Below are positions 26,952-39,734 of a stretch of DNA of 64,000 bases, one piece after another (within the stretch, counting starts at the first letter, position 1; the number at the start of each line of letters is the position of its first letter). The stretch comes from Epiperipatus broadwayi (Eukaryota > Animalia > Onychophora), in contig JAQFVV010000002.1 in assembly GCA_028023455.1 (NCBI GenBank), positions 30,504,001 through 30,568,000 on the forward strand, in the 5' to 3' direction. A model generated the notes under the pieces. The model was given only the letters and a program-made list of their open reading frames with translations, was not told where the DNA came from and ran no database searches. The translations under genes were made by a program, and so were the position numbers.

Positions 26952-27124
26952 ACCACTAAGCATCACATGATTACCATTTCTTATGTGTACACAAGCTGTT
27001 TACAGAGGGTAAACTCTCCATACAGTAGCGCCACCAGTGCAAGCCAGAGTAACCTTCTTGCATCCAATGATTACTCTGGCTTACAGTGGTGGCGCTATTG
27101 TATGGAGAGTTTAGCCTCTGTGTA
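26952..27124. mobile_element. HHR-1 mini fold-back without a core
   Basis: Inverted arms of the 3' part of the unit; similar minis at 29020-29130 and 34122-34335. Confidence 0.8.
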
Positions 27125-27281
27125 ACTCTCATATTACCCAATAAATAACTAGTATTATTTATTAATCTGTAAATTGAAGCCTTAAAAGGTAAGAGAAAAA
27201 ATGTTTTCCCTTCTCATTAATTTAAAAATTTTTAAAATCAAACTTACAAATACTTTTATTAAATATAATATTAAAACAGTA

Positions 27282-28050
27282 ATGTGATGTGATGTATTGT
27301 ACCTTCTCCTTAAACGGAGTCAAGAATCTCTCAACAATTATGCCCAGAGAAACCTGTTAGCCATTTTATTTTCTATTCCCAGTCTAAGTTTTCCCATATT
27401 CTGCTCCATCCCATTTCCACAACATAATCTTTGTCAACTTTATGGCCTTTATATCTAAATCCCCCTTGTCTTTTTCCAAACCCAGCATAAAAACCAATAA
27501 TCCACTTTCTATATAATCACTTTCTTCATATTTATTCTTCCATAACTTCATTAAATGTGCCCTTTCTGTTTTCAAGAATTTACATTCAATTAACAGATGC
27601 CTAATATTTTCTATTCCTTCCTTACATAATTTACAGACTAAATCATCCATATTTTTCCACTGACATGTATATTCTCTTGTTGTTAAAGATCCCATTCGAG
27701 CCTTAAACAATAAACTACTTTTTATTATCATATATTAACTCACACCTAATATTCTGTTTATTTCTATATATATTTAAACTCTTTTTACTCTCCATACTAG
27801 TTCTCCATCTCTCTAACTCCCTATTCTTTATTAATAAATCTATTCTTTTATCCCATTCCTTACCACTATAACACTCAACAATCCTCCTAACACAATCATC
27901 CCATCTTTTGCATACCGCATTACCTTTCTCACCCATCTTGTTACCTGCCCTTTACTCATAACCCAATTAAATACTATTTTGTCTATTCTTTTATTATTCA
28001 TAAACTGCAATCTACCAAGCATTTTCATTTTACTTTTTGCATCTCTCATA
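27282..28050 (-). mobile_element. Same LINE, truncated and internally deleted
   Basis: ORFs 27384-28076; tail at 27282-96. Confidence 0.85.
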
Positions 28051-28259
28051 AAACTCTCCATATAGCAGTGCCACAACAGTGCAAATCATAGTAATTAATG
28101 GATGCAAGAAGTTTTTGCATGTAAAATTCCTATCTAGTGCCTACTCATCCAATATTCTCAGACTAATTATTAGCTTGTGGCTTTCATCAATGAACAGCTT
28201 TGGATATGAGGGCACTGTGCATAAATCTTAAGAATCTAAAATTTACGTGGTGTTTTCAG

Positions 28260-28318
28260 ATCCAAGGCTCTTCACTGATGAAAGCCACAAGCTAGAAACT
28301 AGTCTGGGGATATTAGAC
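28260..28318 (+). ncRNA. HHR-1 hammerhead
   Basis: CTGATGA 28275-81, GAAACTAGTC 28295-304, stem I TCTTCA/TGGGGA with G-U pairs. Confidence 0.85.
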
Positions 28319-28407
28319 GAGTAGGCACGAGGGACTTTAGCACAAACCTTCTTGCATCCATTGATTACTCTGGCTTGTACTATGTGGCACTACTGTATGA
28401 AGAGTTT

Positions 28408-28473
28408 GTTATTGGGCATAGTGGCTAAGAGATTCCTGACTCCGAAAAAGAAACAGTCCACAGTGCATCACAT
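28408..28473 (+). mobile_element. Same LINE family, ~65-bp extreme 3' end
   Basis: gggcatagtggctaagagattcctgac...ccacagtgcatcacat resembles the 3' UTR of the longer copies. Confidence 0.6.
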
Positions 28474-30329
28474 ATTGTTTTAACAGCTTGGGTCAGTGTA
28501 GGAAATGGCGATTTGGGTGATATTTAGTGATTTAAATATAATATTCATAATAAAATCAAATAATGATAACTAAGTCAATATAATCCAAAGCAAATTGTTT
28601 TCTTTGAAAATAGTTTATAAGATTACTTGTAGTTGTCTTAAAGTTAATGTAAATCAAAGTAAATTTAGTTCTAATGAAAAAGTTAAAATTCATAAAAGTA
28701 GAGTTAAAAACGCTTTGTAAATTCATGAATTTAATACAGGTATTATCTTATATATATATAAAAAAAAAAAGAATTGAAAAGAAGAATTAAAAAACTATGA
28801 CAATAAATTTTTTTGAATTGGAAGCCATCAGTCTTATAAAGACTTCCTTTGATATTAACGATAGGTGGAGTTTAGAATAAATTATAAAAATGGTTGGTCT
28901 ATTATAAGTAATGATGTTACCTGTTTATACTTCTTCTATATGGTATGTAATAAATATAATAAGTGTGCTTATATACAACTATAGAGAAACTTGTTATTTC
29001 TATAAATTAAATATGGCCAATAAACATCACATGATCACCATTTCTTATGATTGCTTATAACTGTTATTAAAACAGGCAAAACTCACTATATGAGTGAGTG
29101 GCAATATGTATAGTGAGTTTTGCTTGTTTTAAATTAAATATGGCTTAGTGCATTTAAGAACTTATGGCATTCTCATATTCTTAGCAAGATGAACTATAAT
29201 CATAATGGCGAGATGAGTGTAATTATATATATTTGAAGAGATTAAAGTTTATTTAAATTTGATATTAAATATTTAAATTAGTGTCCTTTTTTTGGAGAGA
29301 GGGGAGGATGAATCTCTACAGTTGTTAGCGTTAGACTGTTATATATAAATGAATTTGAGAAGGTCTATTTTTGCATTAGGCAAAACCATGGTTATGACAA
29401 AATTTTAATATAAGTTTGTTATTTTACTAGTATTTTAATATCATATGATTTTCTATTTAATTTTATTTATTATTACTAGGAAAGCATTAAGCAGTATTTA
29501 ATAATAATTAAATAAGAAATATATATGCTAAAATAAAATAATATATATTTAAAAATATTCCAAAAATACATTCAATTACATAAAGTGTCTCAATATTTTC
29601 AAATTAAACATATGACTAATATTTCAATCAATATTATACGTAACAGAACAGGAAGTAACAAGCTAAGAGACAAATAGCATCATCGGTCTCTTGAAGAGTT
29701 TATTTATGTTATATAACTCAGTACAAGTTCAGTTACTTCCTGTTCAGTTACATATCATCTAAGTCATTTATTATTTACAATTAATGTCATAGTATATTTC
29801 TCATACTTATTTTTTCTTTCTGATTTTATATAGCTTAACAAATAGTAATAAAATAAATAATTAGTACATACATAAGCATAAAAGATTAATTAAAACATTA
29901 ATCCTAATCCATTTTTGTAAATTATCTAATGATCATCTGCAAAATATCAAACATAATTTTAATAAATGAACGTACTGCTCTCTATCGTGCAAACTTTAAA
30001 GTTTAGTAGATTTTGAGCAATGTCAGTCAATACCGTAACCTAAAATAAGCAATTTAAGCTGTGCTTGTTTTAGACAAACCAATGTAATTAGCAAATAAAG
30101 TGTTTAGAATCTTGGCATACCTACAGAAGCTGGTTTTAACTGAAACATGTAGCTGAGAACTTGAACTGATGATGGTAACTGTTAGTATTATTTGGAACTT
30201 AGATTCAGGAACTTAGCAGAAGAGCATTTTAGAGTCCTCAGAAGACTCAACAAAGTATGGACAGATGTTAGGAATAACAGAAACAGATGGAAAATGGTGA
30301 AAGAATAGATATTACTGATACTATTTCAA

Positions 30330-30655
30330 CAAAGTATGGAGAGATCCCTTAGGAACAACAAGAACAGATAAAAAATGATGAGAGAACATATATCACCGAT
30401 ACTGTCGAATGAATTAAGAGACTGAAATGGAGCGAGGCTGAACATATTTCTAGAAGAGATGATAATAAATGGACAGTTGAAGTTTCAAAGTGAATCCAAA
30501 GAGATTATAAAAGATCAAGTAAGAGACTACATATTAGTTGAATGGATGACATAAAGAAACCTGCTCACTTGAAGCAGAGAAGAGAACTTAGGGATTGGAG
30601 AAATTGGAATAATCTTGGAGAGATCGTCTACGGATGAAAATGATGATGATGATTA
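30330..30655 (+). mobile_element. RTE-clade LINE 3' fragment
   Basis: IKRLKWS.AEHISRRDDNKWT...WMDDIKK and a (GAT)n tail. Confidence 0.72.
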
Positions 30656-31486
30656 AACTTTAAAATGTGCATAAGAGAGCAGTAAGCATGCTATTCCTTC
30701 ATACATATTTATCTATAATTACACTTATAATAACAGTAAAAGTAGTGACACAATGATTGTTTTATCAGTTTGATAAAAAAATATATATATATAACTTATT
30801 CTAGTAGCTTTATAAATAGACAGATTTTTAAAAATAAAATATTTTTTAACGTAAACATTATTACAATTATCGTAAGTACAGTCATCATATAATAAGGTGT
30901 GTTCCTGGATTAGGTGTTGAATGAAAAATCATTTCATTACACCTATGATTCTTAATCAGTTATACTGCAAGGTGAAAGTCAGCAACGGATTATAAACGAA
31001 AGTACAGCAAGTGTAACGGAAGTAATAAGTTTTCTATATGTATCATGTATATGCACAAACATATTCTGCGACCGAACCAAGCAGCACTGAACTATTAAAG
31101 AGCAGCATGGAGTTATCCATTTGTTATTAATAAAATGATTTTAGGCAAAGCACATTCATAAAACCACATTCATGTTTTATGGTGAATAGTCAAACACTCA
31201 GCGACATTCACATAATGGAAAAAATACAAAATAGATATACACATGATTTAGACCAAAAAAATTCCATACTGCTAGTTTAAAAGATTACTAAAGCATTGGA
31301 ACACGCATGATAGTGTCAATAGCGACTTTGAGTAAAAAGAAGCTTTGCTTAAATTTCAGATTTTGTTTTACTTCGTACAATCATTATCCTATTAACTGAC
31401 TTTACCTCATACAGACACCCACATATGTACGTGTAGTTCAGTACATCCACATATTAGGAAAATATTTCCATTTTTTTCATACAGTA

Positions 31487-31800
31487 TTAAAATTCAATTC
31501 CGAATTTTTCAAAGTTTCTTAATATAATGGACAACTGTAAGTGGATTTTGCCCATTGTAATTGTCTGCAAGCGATATCGATCAGCACCCATGTAAATGAG
31601 GTCAGGATTTTTCAACTGTATCGAACCTCCTACAAAATACATCTTTAATTCTTCCTGCATTGTACCTGAAGGCCTCCATGTAACACAGGTTAATTCATGA
31701 AATCCTGGAGAAGTTGGAACATGACAAAATCCGTATCCATATAGTTCATTGCGACCAAATTTATCATGGTGCCATATTTGAAAATGAAGTTTTGGCCAGC
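31487..31800 (-). CDS. B9D2: B9D2 last coding exon
   Basis: atttatttag acceptor, then (G)[34 protein letters not shown]...GADRYRL...[10 protein letters not shown]. The spliced product is 175 aa, typical of B9D2. Confidence 0.96.
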
Positions 31801-33364
31801 CTAAATAAATAAAACATGCACATATAAAATACATGCGAAAAATGTACAAGTACAATATATCTCTATTTGTGAGTGTATGAATGCATAATGTACATGTAAA
31901 AAATAAATATTCTTAAATAGACCATTGCAAAGCAAAGATTACCCAGCATTCCTAAAAAAAAAACTACAGGAGAAGCTAGTAGGATAGAATATCCTAGTTA
32001 ATCAGGATTTTAGAGATTTTTCTTTTCTGTTTGTCATCCAGCTTATAATAGTTAATTACCTATTATTAACTAATAGTTGTTTACTAGATACAAATTTGAA
32101 GTTTATTTGAAAACAATTACTTAAAATTTCCCATGTTCCACCTAAATTTGAATCCTAATTTACAAGTATGGCAAATAGATGCATTAACCAGTATATATAT
32201 ATATACATGGGTTTTTAGATGTTTTTATATGTACATCAATATAATATATATCAAGCAATGTTGGAATTCTTCTATGGTGGAGATAATTACGTAATTATAT
32301 ATATTTTTTTTACATGAAATCTTCATTAACTATAATTAACTGGGATTGAAAGAATATCATAGATAATACATTCATGAAACAATAAAATTTAATTGTAATT
32401 TGTTCAGACAAAACTTAATATTATAGGCAAATTTACAATGTGATTTAATAAAGATATTTATTCATAAGTGATATAAGTTATTTTTTTAAAATATCAACAA
32501 CAAACTGTTAAAAAAATATCAACAACAAACTGTTAAAAAAAATACTGATATAGGATTAATAATTTAAATGAATTTTCATTAAACATTACATTAAATTCTC
32601 AAAACGTATGTTTTCTTCTTTGCTTGCAGTACGTTGAATAATCAATGACTTTTGAAAGTAAAAAATATATTTCTAGATTTCTCCGTTAAAACTAAACTTA
32701 AAATGCAGTCATCATTAAAGCAAGTGTTAAAAAAAAAGTATTAACCTATTCACAGAACAAACAAGTCTGAATACATTACTAAGATAATTTCCAAGCCGAA
32801 TTCCCAAGGAGTCATTTAAATGAATTTGTAAATATCGCCCACATTTTGTTATATCAATGCCAATTGATTTTGTTTAAATGATTATTTGGGAATCTAGTCT
32901 GTGAATTATCTTTGCCATTTCAGACATTTATTCCATAAATAGATTTATATTCTTAGTGCTATATATTTGATAAGCTGTAAAATTATTTATATATTCATTA
33001 AAATCATTAGAATTTTTTTTAAAAAAGTATTAAAATCAAACAAACAAACAATTTAATTTTTTTAATTGTAGCAAATTTGCATTTTACTCTATGCAAATTA
33101 GTGAATCTATATCATAATTCTTCAACTGGATTTTCATTTCAGCAACCAGGAGGAATTCTCTAACACTCCTTATCCATATAAAGGATGCCCATGATATCCA
33201 TGTGCAATTGAAAAAAATTATAACTTTATTTGTGATAGAAAAAAATTATAAAAAGTATTAGAAAGCTTAATGAACCTAGTTTAAAATAAAATTATTTAGT
33301 AACTCTTCAACACAATAATTTTTTGAAACTTTAAAAATACTTCTTTTTCAGAAATTACTGATCC

Positions 33365-33585
33365 ATGGTTTCAACTGAAAAAAAAAGTAAATTGTGTTCT
33401 TTGATTGGCTAAACTAAAATCTACTGTTGCTGTACAAAGAAAGTTTAGAAGATTACAGTAAAGAACCATCTCATAGGAACCCTATTGCCAAATGGATGAA
33501 AAAATTCAAGGAGACCGGCTCAATCCATGATAAGCCACAGTCTGGTAGACCACGTGTCAACAAAGAGTGTGTAGCACATATGGAA
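33365..33585 (+). pseudogene. Tc1/mariner-type transposase N-terminal HTH remnant (DUF4817-like)
   Basis: VAVQRKFR...IAKWMKKFKETGSIHDKPQSGRPRV. Confidence 0.7.
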
Positions 33586-35536
33586 ACTTAATAAAATACA
33601 ACGAACAACAAAAAAATATATACATTTTCTTGTTTCCAATACATTATACATAAGTTCTCTATCACAAATATTAATAAAGTTATATATATTTTAAATTGCA
33701 CACAGACTTTAAGGACACATCCTGAATATCTACAGGTTCAGTGATTTAAAATCCCTTTGACTATTTTTTAGTCATTTGCAAAAATAATTATTGAATGTAA
33801 TGTAAATAATTTGTTTAAAATTTCAATCTAATTATCAAATCACAAGAGAAACTTGAAACACTAAAAATATTTGATACATCAACAACAATAACAAAAAAAG
33901 AAGCAAGATAAATTCATCGGAAGAGGTAATAAATGTTGCCAATAAATATTTGACATTTTCAGATTGTAAATTAAGTTAAATCATAATAACATTTATGCAT
34001 ATTAGATAATAACAATTTTTGACAATGGTCAAACATAAATTTATCCATTAAAGTATTTTGAAAAGGCCTTAATATAGTGAGAAAACAGGTTCAGCAATAA
34101 AGGAAATATTTATTTGTTATATACCACTAAACATCGCATGATCACTATCTCTTATATTAGCACATAAGTTATTAAACAAGGCAAAACCCTCCATACAGTA
34201 GTGCCACCCTGTGCCAACCAGAGTAATCAATGGATGAGTAGGCACTAGATAGGGATTTTATGCACAAGCCTTGGCATTCATTGATTACTCTGATTGGCAC
34301 ATGGTGGCACTACCATCTGGAGAGTTTTGCCTTGTTTATTTATTATATAGTTGTTTTATTTCAATTGTGTTGGAATTATTATTGAGTAATGAAAGATATT
34401 GATTCATTGTTTAATATAATTATCATTTTATTTTAAATGTTGATATTCAAATGTCATAAAAACTAATAAAAAAAAAATACTTACATTTTAACTGAACTTA
34501 TTGGGACACAAATAACCAACCATTAACAGAAAAGTTAACCAATTTTACCACAAAATAAAATATAACCAAATTAAAGAAAGGAAACCATGCATTCTACTCC
34601 CATACACCAATTCCATAGTTAAACAGCTTAGTAGAAAACTTTCCAAAGACTTTGAAATTGGCCTCCATTCACCACCAATCACTAATAAACTAATTAACAA
34701 CACAAAAGACAAATCACTCCCGAAATGACCCCCCAGGTCGTATATAAAATTACATGCCCCCATAATAACTGCCACACAACCAACTACGGAGAAACTAAGA
34801 CTAATATTGCCACTAGAGTGTCATAGCACAGATATCTATATAACAGAACTAAATGTAAGACAGAAAAAAGCTAAATATTTGCCGAGGACGAAAAAGACTA
34901 CTGGCCACACCTTCCAACCAACAACTGCCAAGATGATATGTTCTGAAAGAAATGATGCTAAACGCCAAGGTACAAAGAAGCTTGCTATATAGAAAGCGAC
35001 CCCACAGCTATAAACAGAAGAGAAGCTTGCTTTTGCATTTCCAAAAAATGGACACTATAGTCAATTTGCATAAATTTACATAAGGCTCTATTACAAGCAT
35101 TTCTCACTTAGTAACGGGCTATGATTATGGGAACTCAGATTTCCTGAAAGCGCTCAAATTATTAATTACTGCACTATATAGCTCCATTACATGTGCATAA
35201 AGCACAATTACAGACTTATAATTTAAAGAAAAATTATAGTTAAAAAAATATTATGAATATTCTCAAATGAAACACATCATATCAATGAAAAAAAACATAA
35301 ATGGCTTTATTTCTTGGGAGTTTATAAGAAGTTTAAGTACTCGAGGGGCCAAAACTGGGAGTGATCTTAAAAATCTTACTCACCAGAGTCTGAAAATGTA
35401 CTAGTGCACTAAGCCACACAGGACTTTAGATATGTCAGTAGCAAACCATTCATATAGTATTGCTACCCAGTACAAGCCATGGTTATCAATGGATACAAGA
35501 TGATTTGTGCATAAAATCCTTATCTAGTGCCTACTC

Positions 35537-35595
35537 ATTCAATATCCCCAGACTAGTTTCTAGCTTTTGGCTTTCATCAGTGAGGAGCTTTGGAT
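35537..35595 (-). ncRNA. HHR-1 hammerhead in a B9D2 intron, sense to the pre-mRNA
   Basis: Reverse complement: ATCCAAAGC-TCCTCA-CTGATGA-AAGCCAAAAGCTA-GAAACTAGTC-TGGGGATATTGAAT; core intact. Confidence 0.87.
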
Positions 35596-35791
35596 CTGAG
35601 AACAATGCATCTAAATCTTAGGATCTAACACAACTATCCAGCAGCCACCTTTTACCTTTTTAGTTAATTACAAAGCCATGAGTCCAAAATGAAAATACAA
35701 TAATCTCATAGCTTTATAGTTAATTAAATAGGTAAAAGGAGACTGCTGGATGGTTGCATTAGATCCTAAGATCTTGGTGCAGTGCTCTCAG

Positions 35792-35849
35792 ACCCAAGGC
35801 TCCTCATTGATGAAAGCTGCAAGCTAGAAACTAGTCTGGGGATATTGGA
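35792..35849 (+). ncRNA. HHR-1 hammerhead (C3>U)
   Basis: TTGATGA-AAGCTGCAAGCTA-GAAACTAGTC-TGGGGA. Confidence 0.7.
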
Positions 35850-36683
35850 GGATTTGGTACTAGATTGGGATTTTATGCATTAAATTTCTTGCATCCATTG
35901 ATTACCATGGCTTGCACTAGATGACCCTACTGCTTGGAGAGTTTATTACTGTTTTAACAGCTTCTGTAAGCATAGAAAAATGATGATCAAGTCATGTTTA
36001 GTGGCTTTAGATATGGCTTATTATGCAACAAAACTTCATCAAATCATCCTAAATTCCATTAATATAAAAAAACTCTGAAGAGTCTGTATACTCTTTGGGT
36101 TTTAAACCAAAATGTTTAAAACACTTAATTAAGTCTAATGAAGACCTAACAAGCTATAAAAGCAACATGACTTGGATTCAAAACTTAAAAATGGCTGCTA
36201 TATAGAAGGCCCATAGTCAGAAACCAATTTGAGTAATTTGGTTGGCACTGCCATCTGGTTTCCAATGATTAAATTATTTTTACATAGATGGCTGCAGATT
36301 ATAGTTTATATAGAGTTGATAATTGTGTTAATGCTAATGTTTAAACTTATAATCTATCCCATAATTTATTTTGCTCATTTCCATCCCCCCCCCCCCCAGG
36401 ATTTTCTTTCTTAAACATTTTTGTAGAAATCCTTTATCATTAAAGCTTTTATAATAGTTAACCACTGCATATGTAAAGCTTTACTGCTATACCTATAAAA
36501 CCAAATTTGTAAATAATAATTTTGAAAATGTGATTCGATATGTGTGCAAATAAACTTTATTAATACATAATTCAAACAATGTTCATTTACATTTCCAAAA
36601 TATGGGTCAGCGAATGATGTTTATTTGTCAAAATTATTATTAGATCTTAATTCTTTGGATATACAATAAAAAAGTCTTGTTAC

Positions 36684-36809
36684 CTTGTAAACCTTTAGTT
36701 GCGTAATGGACATCTATAGGATGACTCCAATATGCAATGGGTTCATTCTGTGGGATATCTATTTGGGTCTGACCTTCATTTTTGCCGGCAAGAATTTTCC
36801 ACGCACCTC
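36684..36809 (-). CDS. B9D2: B9D2 second coding exon
   Basis: tttttag acceptor; reads (G)[41 protein letters not shown](G); gtaac donor; phase 1 at both ends, matching the neighbouring exons. Confidence 0.95.
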
Positions 36810-37284
36810 CTAAAAATGTAATTTGAAATTATTTAATATTTTTAATTTTAAATATATTACTAAAATGTTAGTCAGTATAATACATAACACCTTGTTAATT
36901 AAAACAATAAAATTACATTAATTAATTGCTTTTTAATATTAAGTCTTGTGCATATACTATTAAACTGATTAAAGAAAATATAGAAAGATACTTCATACAG
37001 AGATTAGTTCCGTTCAGAAACTAAAGTTAAATGCTGGACAATGTTTAAAATAAAGAAATTAAAATTTTTAAATATTAAATTTCTACACTTGTTTAAAGCT
37101 GTAGTTTATCAAAAAAATCTAGTGCCTGACTTAAATATTGACAGCGAGCTTTACAATTAGATAAATACTTTTCCTTTCTTTCTCTCTCTCTATTTTGTTT
37201 TTAATTAATGGACATTTTATTTATTTTACACATATATATACATAAATTAATTTTTTCAAATATTCACAAATGTCACTAAATCTA

Positions 37285-37865
37285 TTATTTCCTTTATTTT
37301 GCTGTAATATTTTATATAAATGGAACATGTCTATCTTATTTCAAACAATTTTTAGCAAAATTTTTTTATTGTAGATTTAATTCGACTGCTGCCCTACAGT
37401 CTTCCTCAGAGTTATGATATAATGACAAATAAAATAAAGTATATAAATAATATAAAAATGTATTCAATAAAATTAACAAGTAAAAGAAAAAATAATAATT
37501 AGGGAATTATTAAAAAATAGTAAAAGGAATTATATAAATTAATAGTGGTTCGAGAATATATATGTAGACAGAAAAACGTATGGTTTATTTTATATTTTAA
37601 TTTAATGTTGTATATTTTATTTAATATTAACTGAAATTAATTTATTATATTTTGTTATTTTTATTTTGTTAATTTTATTGTTTACATTTTTTTTTATTGT
37701 ATTATTTATAGCTATTTATTTTATTTGTTATTACATCATAGCTCTGATGAAGACTGCAGGATGGTCGAAATGTCAAATTATATCTGTATATATACAATAA
37801 AAATTTTTTTGCTGAAAAGTGTTTGGTCGACAAATTGAAAAAAAACGTAGATATTTAAGATAATA
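37285..37865. mobile_element. Inverted-repeat element, family 4
   Basis: CTGAGGA...GAAA at 37380-409(-) and CTGATGAAGACTGCAGGATGGTCGAAA at 37744-70(+). Confidence 0.6.
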
Positions 37866-38232
37866 TTAATAATTATGATTATAGAAGTTTTTAACAAGAC
37901 AAAATTTATTTTAGAGGATTAAATTCTGATAATGTAGACAAGTGAAATTGGCATAATAATTGCAAATAAAATAATATTTAAAGGTTTTAAAAAAACATTT
38001 ATTTATTATTTTATCAAATAATTTTCTTCATTATAAATGAAATATTCATGCTGGTAATTTTCTTGAGAACAAAAAAAGTTTAGATAGATAACAATAGACT
38101 TCGAAAGAGAAAGATCTAATTTAAAAACTATAATAAAAAGGACATGAACTCAGACTTTAGAACTTCTCAAAATTATCCATTCCATCTTATACAACTGATA
38201 CACATGATCACATACATGTGAAAAAGGTAAAT

Positions 38233-38287
38233 GATCTCCAATATACTTATTTTATGCTGAACTAGCACTCATCAGTTGGTCCAGATA
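38233..38287 (-). ncRNA. HHR-2 hammerhead, degenerate
   Basis: Reverse complement: ATCTGGACCAA CTGATGA GTGCTAGTTCAGCAT AAAAATAAGTATA TTGGAGAT. Confidence 0.62.
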
Positions 38288-38332
38288 ACCATCTCCCCAC
38301 ACACACACATATATATATATAATATAGACATA

Positions 38333-38640
38333 TCACATGATCACCATTTCATATGCTTACACAGGCTGTTAATAAGAGTATCAAACTCTACATACAGTAG
38401 TGCCACCAAGGGAAAGTCTTCATAATAAATGGATGCAGAGAGGTTTGTGCATAAAATCCCTATTTAGTGCCTACTCATCCAACATCCCCAGACTGGTTTC
38501 TAGCATGTGGCTTTCATCAGTGAGGAGCCTTGGATTTGAGAGCACTGCACCTAGATCTAATGCAACCTTCCAGCAGCCATCTTTTACCTACTTGATTATG
38601 AAGGCTTGCATTTGGTGGCACTACTGTTTGGAGAGTTTAG
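38333..38640 (-). mobile_element. HHR-1 copy with a short inverted arm
   Basis: Family sequence; subfamily variant gctgttaataagagtatc. Confidence 0.85.
38477..38535 (-). ncRNA. HHR-1 hammerhead in a B9D2 intron, sense to the pre-mRNA
   Basis: Reverse complement: TCCTCA-CTGATGA-AAGCCACATGCTA-GAAACCAGTC-TGGGGA. Confidence 0.82.
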
Positions 38641-39734
38641 TATAATGTACACATAACCTTTATCAATATTTTCCTCAACTGTGTGCCACTGAATATTTCA
38701 TTTCTAAAATGGTAATAGGAACATATACTAAAGAGCTAAAGAATGACCATTGACAGAATTAAGGTCTATCTTTTCTACATGATGTATTTCAGGTTCTGCT
38801 TGCCAAATATTAGAAGTTTACACAAAATAAATTTATAAAATATTATAACCAATAAAGGAAGAATCCCCATGTAATGATTTGAGTGCATGACTATAATAAA
38901 TTCCAACAAATATTGATTTGTGAACCATGTGTTTACTTAATGGAAATCACTTCACAGGCTGAAAGTTTCAGAAGCTTACAAATCAGTAAACATAAACATT
39001 ATTTAATTTTAGCCATGGTAAACTACCCCTCCTGTCCACCCCTCTGATTGTCCTTGGTCATATATATGTTAAAAGTCATCTTTATTTTAATTGTAATATC
39101 ATTTAATAGTTATAAGCATATTTAAATTATATTTGTCAAAAGTTAGAATATGTATTTAATTTTCATTATAATGACTCTTTAAAAGTGTGTGTGTGTAGGT
39201 ATGTTTGCAGAATCTTATTGGACAAGAATAATAAACGAATTTCACTTCCTTATTGGAAATAATATTTTATTCCAATTAAGGATATTAAATTATTTAATAT
39301 TACAAATTTTAAATAGTAGTAGTTTTATCTTTTAATAAAGTTATTAATTATATTATTTTTGATTTAAATAAATAATTATTATAAAGAATAAGAATTTATA
39401 GTTATATTTAAAAGTAATCCTATTTATTGTTAAATGTCTAAATATTTATTAATTTAATATTGCATAAAATTGTAGACAATATTAACTTTATGCAGAAAAA
39501 TTCTAGTTGATAACCAATGAAATGGATTTAATTAAGGGTCTCACATCATACTGTCTACAATACAAAATGTAAAGAGCAGATGAAAATTTGGATGAATTGA
39601 TTAAACAGTAACAGTTAATAAACCTATTTCTGTTAGTTATTTAAAATTGAATAAATTTTATCATGTTTTATTTTAAATAAGTTAAAAGTTACCTTCAATA
39701 AGCTGAATAATTATATAACAAACATTTTAAAAGG

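Larger units (their letters stand above)
28051..28525. mobile_element. HHR-1 fold-back with both arms joined to LINE 3' fragments
   Basis: Minus core 28147-205, plus core 28260-318; LINE pieces join at about 28050 and 28408. Confidence 0.87.
35430..36005. mobile_element. HHR-1 long fold-back element in a B9D2 intron
   Basis: Two arms of about 280 bp, each with a core. Confidence 0.87.

Noticed and set aside
31801-31855. N-terminal part of ORF 31487-31855 as the B9D2 start
   Set aside because: Intronic read-through; homology begins at the AG acceptor at 31802-31801 and the true upstream exons were found.
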